Positions 1 through 6,502 of a stretch of DNA of 6,502 nt are shown here, piece by piece (position 1 is the stretch's first letter; every line of letters starts with the position of its first letter). This DNA comes from a virus (lineage: Duplodnaviria > Heunggongvirae > Uroviricota > Caudoviricetes): the IMG/VR virus record IMGVR_UViG_2778261250_000006; one strand, 5' to 3'. Position numbers and translations under genes: made by a program. A model generated the notes under the pieces. That model saw only the letters and a list, made by a program, of their open reading frames with translations, searched no databases and was not told the origin of the DNA.

Positions 1-792
1 GAAAAACGAGTATTTTTAGTCATCCTGTTTACCTCTTTCTCAGGAAGTTTAGTCTCCAGGATTCCCGGGGCGGTTCAATCTCCAAAATTGAGCGATGACG
101 CTCCAGCGACAGGCACCGGTTGTTTAACAATTACGGATGTAATGGCAGCGCAGGGGATGGTGCAGTCGAAAGCACCACTTGGGTTGGCCTTATTTCTGGC
201 AAAAGTTGGTGTTCAGGACCCTCAGTTTGCGATTGAAGGCCTGCTAAATTACGCGATGGCACTGGATAACCCGACATTGAACAAATTGAGTGAAGAAATC
301 CGGTTACAGATTATTCCTTACCTCGTGAGTTTTGCCTTTGCTGATTACTCCAGGTCTGCGGCAAGTAAGGCTCGCTGTGAGCATTGTTCAGGTACGGGAT
401 TTTATAATGTATTGCGCGAAGTGGTGAAACACTACAGACGCGGGGAATCTGTAATCAAGGAAGAATGGGTGAAGGAACTATGTCAGCATTGCCATGGTAA
501 GGGCGAAGCCAGCACAGCGTGCAGAGGGTGTAAGGGTAAAGGGATTGTTCTGGATGAAAAAAGAACCCGGTTTCATGGCGTACCGGTATATAAGATTTGT
601 GGGCGTTGTAATGGAAACCGGTTTAGTCGTTTACCGACCACGCTGGCACGACGTCATGTCCAGAAGCTGGTACCAGACCTGACCGATTATCAGTGGTATA
701 AGGGGTATGCGGACGTCATTGGTAAACTGGTAACAAAGTGCTGGCAGGAAGAAGCATACGCGGAAGCGCAATTGAGGAAGGTGACGAGATAA
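1..792 (+). CDS. Phage late-gene antitermination protein Q; probably 5'-partial (frame open to window start, first in-window start is TTG at 88)
   Basis: ORF 88..792 in the track begins with TTG and the same frame has no stop back to position 1. Translation contains four Cys-rich repeats (CEHCSGTG, CQHCHGKG, CRGCKGKG, CGRCNGNR). Position immediately upstream of a candidate late promoter, csp morons and a lysis cassette matches Q in lambdoid phages. Confidence 0.8.
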   Translation, partial: EKRVFLVILFTSFSGSLVSRIPGAVQSPKLSDDAPATGTGCLTITDVMAAQGMVQSKAPLGLALFLAKVGVQDPQFAIEGLLNYAMALDNPTLNKLSEEIRLQIIPYLVSFAFADYSRSAASKARCEHCSGTGFYNVLREVVKHYRRGESVIKEEWVKELCQHCHGKGEASTACRGCKGKGIVLDEKRTRFHGVPVYKICGRCNGNRFSRLPTTLARRHVQKLVPDLTDYQWYKGYADVIGKLVTKCWQEEAYAEAQLRKVTR

Positions 793-823
793 ATGATTTT
801 TGCTGAAGATGGCGACATGATGT

Positions 824-852
824 TTGCATTTTTCAAAAAATATGGATAAAAT
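824..852 (+). promoter_or_regulatory. Candidate sigma70 late promoter (PR'-like): -35 TTGCAT 824-829, 17-nt spacer, -10 TAAAAT 847-852
   Basis: Hexamers read directly from the sequence, 32 nt after the Q stop codon (TAA 790-792). Predicted start near 859-860. Q-dependent late promoters lie just downstream of Q in lambdoid phages. Confidence 0.4.
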
Positions 853-896
853 TTTTTCAACGATGGGCTTTGTATACCCGACGTTAAGAAAAAGTA

Positions 897-928
897 GAAA
901 ACCCGCTGATGAGCGGGTTTTGTGCTTT
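897..928. terminator. Intrinsic terminator hairpin, probably bidirectional (tR'-like for the short late transcript; also downstream of convergent cspF)
   Basis: AAAA-CCCGCT(902-907)-GATG-AGCGGG(912-917)-TTTTGTGCTTT: perfect 6-bp GC-rich stem, 4-nt loop, A-tract upstream and T-tract downstream. Confidence 0.65.
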
Positions 929-1213
929 AAATGGGGCAATGGTAATGTTGAATCTCATCCCGGGACTCATGTCTGTTAACTTATTATTTAGCTGGTGACT
1001 TGGTTATTTGCCTGATGTTTAAAATGTTTTCTTCCAGTACAATGTCCCTAAACACAATGAGTCTGCTTATTATATTATTAGCAGAGCTATTACGGCCAAA
1101 GTACAGCATAAGCTTTTAAAGCCAATCAACCAGTCATCAAGACAGACGGGGTTATTCATAAAAACTCTCCATGTGTGATCCGATGGGGCCTGAAATTAAA
1201 GCTTTAATATAGC

Positions 1214-1426
1214 TCATGAAAGGTAAACATTGGCAGCTGAAGGGCCACGCAGACCATTTATCCGGCAAAATTCCACGCGTAATCCGGTGGTAATTTCTTC
1301 TGCATCGCGGAGATTGAGCGCTGAAACATGAAGCTGGACATCGATACGACCATCGGATGGGGTGATAAGACCCTTGCCGCTTTTGCCGTCAAAGGTTTTG
1401 ACAATTCCTGTCATTTTACGGGACAA
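1214..1426 (-). CDS. cspF: Cold-shock-domain protein, CspF/CspH-like (70 aa)
   Basis: Translation [26 protein letters not shown]...[13 protein letters not shown] has the cold-shock-domain hallmarks with the divergent CspF/CspH-type core (KTFD, GLITP). It is divergently arranged with cspB, as in the Qin prophage. Confidence 0.88.
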
Positions 1427-1530
1427 AAAAATTCCTTAATACTGATAACTTGGCGCACTATACACACGTTCCTGAAGAAAGCTATAGTTTTTTGATGGGG
1501 TTGAAGATGGCTGGATGTCTAAAATAAACA

Positions 1531-1726
1531 TTGCTTCATATGTTCAACTATGCGTTAATGATTGCGTCGGTTTGAAGAACAGACGATATACGAAGTAGTT
1601 TACTAAAGCAGTTCTCATTTCAGGTGTTATTCACTTATTCCTTCTTTGAGTCTCTCCAATTAAGTACGAAGTCGTTTCTGTTATGCAAACCATTTATGCC
1701 GAAAGGCTCAAGTTAAGGAATGTAGA
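1531..1726 (+). promoter_or_regulatory. cspB promoter and long 5' leader (-35 TTGCTT 1531-1536, -10 GTTAAT 1554-1559, cold-box-like GGTTTGAAGAACAGACG about 1569-1585, GCCGAAAGGC hairpin 1697-1706)
   Basis: Hexamers with 17-nt spacing. Predicted leader is about 160 nt, matching the long leaders of cold-inducible csp genes. The GCCGAAAGGC element upstream of the ribosome-binding site matches the cspA leader as I recall it. Confidence 0.5.
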
Positions 1727-1942
1727 ATGTCAAATAAAATGACTGGTTTAGTAAAATGGTTTAACGCTGATAAAGGTTTCGGCTTTATTTCTCCTGTTGA
1801 TGGTAGTAAAGATGTGTTTGTGCATTTTTCTGCGATTCAGAATGATAATTATCGAACCTTATTTGAAGGTCAAAAGGTTACCTTCTCTATAGAGAGTGGT
1901 GCTAAAGGTCCTGCAGCAGCAAATGTCATCATTACTGATTAA
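1727..1942 (+). CDS. cspB: Major cold-shock protein CspB (71 aa)
   Basis: [38 protein letters not shown]... carries the RNP1-like (KGFGFI) and RNP2-like (VFVHF) motifs; AAGGAA ribosome-binding site upstream of ATG 1727. Confidence 0.93.
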   Translation: MSNKMTGLVKWFNADKGFGFISPVDGSKDVFVHFSAIQNDNYRTLFEGQKVTFSIESGAKGPAAANVIITD

Positions 1943-2053
1943 AATTCATCGCTCGTCTGTATACGATAACGAAGAAGGCTGATGCCTGAGTAGAGATACG
2001 GACAGAGTAGTGAATATTGGATCTCTTTAATAAAAAGTAAGGAGGTCCAATAC

Positions 2054-2089
2054 ATGAAACAATGGCTAGCATATTTGGCAAAATCTTAA
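2054..2089 (+). CDS. Candidate 11-codon small ORF (MKQWLAYLAKS) with near-consensus ribosome-binding site
   Basis: TAAGGAGGT at 2038-2046, 7-nt spacer, ATG 2054, TAA 2087-2089. No homology can be assessed for a peptide this short, so the call is speculative. Confidence 0.2.
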   Translation: MKQWLAYLAKS

Positions 2090-2220
2090 TCAGGAAAAGT
2101 ATGCTAACCATTGTGGTGAAGTGCAGGTTTGCTGCATGAATAGTTTTACAGCAGAAGCTAACTGCTGGCATGGCAAAACAAAGTGCGTAAGTGGATGACT
2201 CCCACAAAAAGCACCACAAT

Positions 2221-2250
2221 CTCAAACCCGCTCAGGCGGGTTTTTTATTA
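2221..2250. terminator. Intrinsic terminator, likely bidirectional (between cspB and the convergent minus-strand zinc-ribbon ORF)
   Basis: AAA-CCCGC(2227-2231)-TCAG-GCGGG(2236-2240)-TTTTTTATTAT: 5-bp GC stem extendable by A-T pairs, with a T-run on the plus strand and an A-run giving a U-run on the minus strand. Confidence 0.6.
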
Positions 2251-2305
2251 TCTGCTTTAAATATATTATTAAAATATAAAAAATACTTGTTACTAATAAA
2301 ATCAA

Positions 2306-2476
2306 TCAGGCTACAGCTTTAAGATTTGTCTGGAATACTTTGTTGCAATGAGGGCAGATCAAAAGGGCACCTTTTTGTACTCTTGAAAAACTGTGTTCTG
2401 ACTCTTGGGTGCAGTTTGGGCAGGAACATTTAACGAGATAATTACGGCGTGATTTTGAGTTTTTACGTTCTGACAT
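2306..2476 (-). CDS. Small zinc-ribbon protein (CPNC...CPHC), 56 aa from the internal ATG; the track ORF extends to 2527
   Basis: Minus-strand ORF MSERKNSKSRRNYLVKCSCPNCTQESEHSFSRVQKGALLICPHCNKVF... has two CxxC pairs about 17 residues apart and a basic N-terminus. A GGAAAAG ribosome-binding site precedes the ATG at 2476. The gene is convergent with cspB and followed by the 2221-2250 hairpin. Confidence 0.5.
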   Translation of the reverse strand: MSERKNSKSRRNYLVKCSCPNCTQESEHSFSRVQKGALLICPHCNKVFQTNLKAVA

Positions 2477-2695
2477 AGGCTTTTCCTGTATAAATGGCCG
2501 TATACAGTACACTAAATATGAAAACATTTCTCGTATTATTATTTTATATATGACTTTCTTTCAAAATAATTACCCACATTTTTAATGTGTATGTTTTTTT
2601 AGCGCCGTTGAGAACAACGTGTGCTGTCAAAACTACCCCGTAGACTCCGATCTTTTCAAACATATTGCACCATCCGTGTACATCGGGGTGAGGAT

Positions 2696-2911
2696 ATGAA
2701 ATCAATGGATAAGTTAACAACAGGTGTTGCCTATGGCACATCGGCGGGTAATGCTGGTTTCTGGGCATTGCAGTTACTCGATAAAGTAACTCCGTCACAG
2801 TGGGCTGCAATCGGTGTGCTGGGTAGCCTGGTTTTTGGCCTGCTGACGTATCTGACAAATCTTTATTTCAAGATTAAAGAAGACAGGCGTAAGGCTGCGA
2901 GAGGAGAGTAA
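2696..2911 (+). CDS. essQ: Class II holin / pinholin, phage 21 S-like (71 aa), dual-start motif MKSMDK
   Basis: Ribosome-binding site GGGGTGAGGA before ATG 2696, second in-frame ATG at 2705 (Met1-Lys-Ser-Met4, the S21 71/68 antiholin/holin arrangement). Two predicted transmembrane segments ([18 protein letters not shown] and [23 protein letters not shown]) and a charged C-terminus [11 protein letters not shown]. The track ORF start at 2621 is an upstream extension. Confidence 0.88.
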   Translation: MKSMDKLTTGVAYGTSAGNAGFWALQLLDKVTPSQWAAIGVLGSLVFGLLTYLTNLYFKIKEDRRKAARGE

Positions 2912-2915
2912 TCCA

Positions 2916-3223
2916 ATGACTCAAGACTATGAACTGGTTGTGAAAGGAGTCCGTAATTTTGAGAATAAAGTTACGGTAACTGTAGCCTTACAGGACAAAG
3001 AACGCTTTGACGGTGAAATTTTTGACCTGGATGTCGCCATGGACCGTGTTGAAGGAGCTGCGCTGGAGTTTTATGAGGCAGCAGCCAGAAGGAGCGTCCG
3101 GCAAGTCTTCCTGGAAGTAGCAGAAAAATTGTCAGAAAAAGTTGAGTCTTATCTGCAGCATCAGTACTCCTTTAAGATTGAAAATCCTGCCAATAAGCAC
3201 GAGCGTCCTCATCATAAATATCT

Positions 3224-3227
<4 letters not shown>
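2916..3227 (+). CDS. ydfR: YdfR-like acidic protein of unknown function (103 aa) inserted between holin and endolysin
   Basis: ORF starts 5 nt after the holin stop, with GAGGAGAG upstream. Its stop overlaps the endolysin start (ATGA at 3224-3227). No transmembrane segment; identified as YdfR-like by size and synteny. Confidence 0.75.
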
Positions 3228-4251
<1,024 letters not shown>

Positions 4252-4433
4252 GGTAATATTAAATCGGAACATTTACATCGCGGAATGTAAAATTTAAATA
4301 AAAAGGACTCTTCCATGAGCCAAAATTCCTGAAATCTTAAGGGTAAGATAAAAGGTCTTAATCAGAATGACACGTTTTATTAATAAATAAAGCTATTCTT
4401 TCATTGCTGTGTTTTTCTTTACAAAAGTAATCC

Positions 4434-4613
4434 TTGCTATGGGTGGTTAATCATGCGTTAATGGTGTTCTGGTTTGTTACAAATTTATCTGAAGCAGTCA
4501 TTGTTATAATTTTATTATTTGTACCTCTTGAGATTTCCTTGTTGGTTTTTCTCTCTGATATTTTTTTTCGGACCATTCTGCCCAAGGGCTAATTTCTTCA
4601 AAAGGTAATAATT
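4434..4613 (+). promoter_or_regulatory. cspI promoter and 5' leader (-35 TTGCTA 4434-4439, -10 GTTAAT 4457-4462, cold-box-like GGTTTGTTACAAA about 4471-4485, GCCCAAGGGC hairpin 4581-4590)
   Basis: Same architecture and near-identical TGCGTTAATG -10 region as the cspB promoter at 1551-1560. Predicted leader is about 144 nt with an AT-rich upstream region. Confidence 0.5.
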
Positions 4614-4826
4614 ATGTCTAACAAAATGACTGGCTTAGTGAAATGGTTTAACCCTGAAAAAGGTTTTGGTTTCATCACGCCGAAAGATGGCAGCAAAGAT
4701 GTGTTTGTCCATTTCTCAGCAATTCAGAGCAACGATTTCAAAACATTAACTGAGAATCAGGAAGTTGAATTTGGTATTGAGAACGGACCTAAAGGTCCTG
4801 CCGCTGTTCATGTAGTGGCGCTTTGA
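4614..4826 (+). CDS. cspI: Cold-shock protein CspI-like (70 aa)
   Basis: [70 protein letters not shown]: cold-shock domain with both RNP motifs; AAAAGG ribosome-binding site upstream. Confidence 0.93.
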   Translation: MSNKMTGLVKWFNPEKGFGFITPKDGSKDVFVHFSAIQSNDFKTLTENQEVEFGIENGPKGPAAVHVVAL

Positions 4827-4857
4827 GGTAGACAATATTACAAACCATATTCACTTT

Positions 4858-5025
4858 AGATGCCCGTGTTGTCATGGTTCCCAGTATAGAACATCATCTT
4901 TTGATGTTTCTGACATGAATCCTTTCGGGGCAAAATGTATCTTTTGTAAATCAATGATGATTACATTTGATAATATTTCACAATACTTAAATGCCAGCCG
5001 TCTGTCGTTGGATTTAAAAAAGTGA
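4858..5025 (+). CDS. Ogr/Delta-like zinc-finger small protein; no canonical in-frame start upstream of the first CxxC (possible pseudogene or non-canonical initiation)
   Basis: Frame open from 4816 to TGA 5023-5025 encodes ...RCPCCHGSQYRTSSFDVSDMNPFGAKCIFCKSMMITFDNISQYL.... The CPxC, RTS, CxxC and ITF/QY pattern resembles the phage P2 Ogr zinc-finger activator as recalled. The only in-frame ATG is at 4915, inside the finger; ATG 4860 is out of frame. A terminator follows directly. Confidence 0.4.
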   Translation, partial: RCPCCHGSQYRTSSFDVSDMNPFGAKCIFCKSMMITFDNISQYLNASRLSLDLKK

Positions 5026-5028
5026 AAA

Positions 5029-5054
5029 TGAAGGCTCCTTCGGGAGCTTTTTTG
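5029..5054 (+). terminator. Intrinsic terminator after the cspI / zinc-finger unit
   Basis: GGCTCC-TTCG-GGAGCT hairpin (UUCG-type tetraloop) at about 5031-5049, followed by TTTTTTG. Confidence 0.7.
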
Positions 5055-5097
5055 CTTGGTGTCTATTCGATGGATACTCACATACTACGGTAACATC

Positions 5098-5328
5098 ATG
5101 AAAAAAATCATAGTTTTTTTTAACTCTGAACCAGCAGTGGTAGTGCCAGCGATGACTGGAGTTAACACCATCATGCGTGAATATCCAAATGGCGAAAAAA
5201 CACACCTTACTGTAATGGCCGCAGGGTTTCCATCTCTGACCGGAGATCATAAAGTCATTTATGTAGCCGCGGATCGACATGTTACTTCAGAAGAAATTCT
5301 GGAAGCAGCAATAAGGCTCTTGAGTTGA
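5098..5328 (+). CDS. Hypothetical small protein (76 aa from ATG 5098) upstream of the gnsB-like gene
   Basis: ORF MKKIIVFFNSEPAVVVPAMTGVNTIMREYPNGEKTHLTVMAAGFPSLTGDHKVIYVAADRHVTSEEILEAAIRLLS. The track ORF begins at an upstream TTG (5056); ATG 5098 is preferred. Ribosome-binding site is weak and no recognised motif was found. Confidence 0.45.
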   Translation: MKKIIVFFNSEPAVVVPAMTGVNTIMREYPNGEKTHLTVMAAGFPSLTGDHKVIYVAADRHVTSEEILEAAIRLLS

Positions 5329-5499
5329 TTTGATGCTATTGCATTGATAATTCAGGAAAATTCTCTTTGTCTGTTTGTGTAAAATTTAGACTATCGTATG
5401 TTGATTATTGCGATGTTTCATCTTATCTTTTACACGTTTGCACCATATAATCGACTTACTGTGTAACTGGAAAGTCATAACAGACTAAAAGAGGAAATG

Positions 5500-5673
5500 A
5501 TGAATATTGAAAACTTAAAAACAAAAGCAGAAGCAGATATTTCTGAATATATAACAAAAAAAATTATTGAACTTAAGAAAAAGACCGGGAAAGAAGTTAC
5601 CAGTATTCAGTTTACCGCACGGGAAAAAATGACGGGTCTTGAAAGCTATGATGTCAAGATTAATTTAATCTGA
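5500..5673 (+). CDS. gnsB: GnsA/GnsB-family small protein (57 aa)
   Basis: Not in the ORF track (short). GAGGA at 5491-5495 and ATG 5500 (an ATG also at 5497). Translation MNIENLKTKAEADISEYITKKIIELKKKTGKEVTSIQFTAREKMTGLESYDVKINLI matches the GnsA/GnsB pattern as recalled (TAREKMTGLESYDVKI); stop TGA 5671-5673. A perfect -10 TATAAT lies at 5446-5451. Confidence 0.75.
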   Translation: MNIENLKTKAEADISEYITKKIIELKKKTGKEVTSIQFTAREKMTGLESYDVKINLI

Positions 5674-5699
5674 TGTATTCAATAATAAAATTTATCCAT

Positions 5700-5730
5700 A
5701 AACCTCGTTTTTACGGGGTTTTGTTATATT
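5700..5730. terminator. Intrinsic terminator between convergent gnsB-like (+) and ydfO-like (-) genes
   Basis: AAACCTCG-TTTTTA-CGGGGTTT: 8-bp stem with one G-U pair, followed by TTTTGTTATATTT on the plus strand. Confidence 0.55.
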
Positions 5731-5824
5731 TGAATGGTTCCGAATATCTAAATCACAATTGTTGATGGTTTTTATTAAACCAATGCAGTCCGGCTCAGGA
5801 GTGAGAGAAGCCGGACGTTATGGT

Positions 5825-6235
5825 TTAGCGTGGTAAGATCTGTGTAGTTTTCTGGATGCTTTCAGTAAATAGTAATGAATTATCAAAGGTATAGTAATAT
5901 CTTTTTTGTTCGTGGATATTTGTAACCCACCGAAAAACTCCTGCTTTAGCAAGGTTTCTTCTGTATTCCTGAAATGTGATCTCTCTGGATTTCAGCTTAT
6001 TAGAGGTCGTTTCTATAAGATGCCTATCCTTTGAAAATTTGACAGACACAATGTTTTTTAGGCCCTTTAATAACACTGTATTATCATTTTTTAATACAAT
6101 ATGAACATTCTCTGTGGCTAAATAGTAAATGTAATGTGAGACATTGTGACGTTTTAGCTCAGAATAAAACCATTGATAGTTTAAATCGTTTCGAACTTTA
6201 TCAAATATTTGTTTAAAAATGACTACCTGATCCAT
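5825..6235 (-). CDS. ydfO: YdfO/YbcV-like prophage protein (DUF1398-type), 136 aa from the internal ATG
   Basis: Minus-strand ORF. The second ATG (6233-6235) is preferred because GGAAGG lies 7 nt upstream, whereas the first ATG (6250) is preceded by CCTC; this gives 136 aa. Family assignment is from recalled similarity and synteny. Confidence 0.7.
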
Positions 6236-6292
6236 AGATAAACCTTCCATGTGATATGAGGGGGCGTAGTCTGCACGATTATCTAAATTGCT

Positions 6293-6502
6293 TCAATCTG
6301 GTCTGACCTGTTTTCTGAGCAATTCAGTAATGTCACTCTTTTCTTTGTTTGCTTCAGAAGAAACTCTTTTTTCTGAGCACAGTCTCCGGCGGCAGGCTTC
6401 AATGACCCAGGCTGAGAAATTCCCGGACCCTTTTTGCTCAAGAGCGATGTTAATTTGTTCAATCATTTGGTTAGGAAAGCGGATGTTGCGGGTTGTTGTT
6501 CT
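6293..6502 (-). CDS. ynfO: YnfO/YlcI-like (DUF3950) small protein, N-terminus truncated by window end
   Basis: Minus-strand frame open from the window edge to the stop (complement of TCA 6293-6295): RTTTRNIRFPNQMIEQINIALEQKGSGNFSAWVIEACRRRLCSEKRVSSEANKEKSDITELLRKQVRPD. Not in the ORF track because no start codon lies within the window. Confidence 0.6.
   Translation of the reverse strand, partial: RTTTRNIRFPNQMIEQINIALEQKGSGNFSAWVIEACRRRLCSEKRVSSEANKEKSDITELLRKQVRPD

Noticed and set aside
631-939. 102-aa minus-strand ORF overlapping the 3' end of Q and the terminator
   Set aside because: Antisense to a well-supported gene, runs across the terminator hairpin, has no ribosome-binding site, and has low-complexity Phe/Leu-rich composition typical of spurious AT-rich frames. 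The same applies to the 494..682 plus-strand ORF inside Q.
1195-1208. Perfect 14-bp palindrome ATTAAAGCTTTAAT just downstream of the cspF stop
   Set aside because: AT-rich palindromes of this size occur by chance in AT-rich intergenic DNA; there is no flanking U-run for a terminator and no second copy to suggest an operator.
940-1213. Possible tRNA or sRNA in the Q-to-lysis intergenic region, as seen for tRNAs in some Stx phages
   Set aside because: No tRNA-like GC-rich cloverleaf segments or T-loop GGTTCGA-type motifs were found; the region is simply AT-rich.
1932-2225. 97-aa minus-strand ORF between cspB and the terminator
   Set aside because: Starts inside the terminator hairpin region with no ribosome-binding site and is Cys/Phe-rich low-complexity; it is the antisense frame of the region holding the small ORFs.
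2544-2858. 104-aa minus-strand ORF antisense to the holin
   Set aside because: Overlaps the strongly supported pinholin gene on the opposite strand; no independent support.
4272-4291. Inverted repeat TTTACAT-cgcgga-ATGTAAA after Rz
   Set aside because: AT-rich 7-bp stem without a clean U-tract; could be a weak terminator or binding site, but the evidence is insufficient to call it.
4872-5280. Minus-strand ORFs 4872..5081 and 5014..5280
   Set aside because: They run through the plus-strand terminator at 5029-5054 and are antisense to the zinc-finger and 76-aa ORFs; no ribosome-binding sites.
5788-5816. 8-bp GC-rich inverted repeat GTCCGGCT...AGCCGGAC just downstream of the ydfO-like gene on the minus strand
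   Set aside because: The 13-nt loop and absence of a U-run on either strand make an intrinsic terminator call weak; it may be an RNA-stabilising stem, but this cannot be tested here.

Overview
This window reads as the late-gene (Q-to-lysis) region of a lambdoid prophage of the Escherichia coli Qin type, carrying three cold-shock (csp) moron genes. Left to right: antiterminator Q (open to the window start), a candidate late promoter with a short terminated transcript, cspF (minus strand), cspB with a long cold-shock leader, a convergent zinc-ribbon small ORF, then a phage-21-type lysis cassette (dual-start pinholin, ydfR-like gene, SAR endolysin, Rz with embedded Rz1), cspI, an Ogr/Delta-like zinc-finger ORF with no canonical start, a 76-aa ORF, a GnsB-like gene, and on the minus strand a YdfO-like gene and a partial YnfO/YlcI-like gene. 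I see no CRISPR array, tRNA, rRNA, IS element or obvious novel multi-gene defence system. The least-explained content is the small proteins (two zinc-ribbon ORFs, an 11-codon ORF with a near-perfect ribosome-binding site) and the ydfR-like insertion in the lysis operon. All homology statements are from reading the translations and recalled family features; no database search was run.
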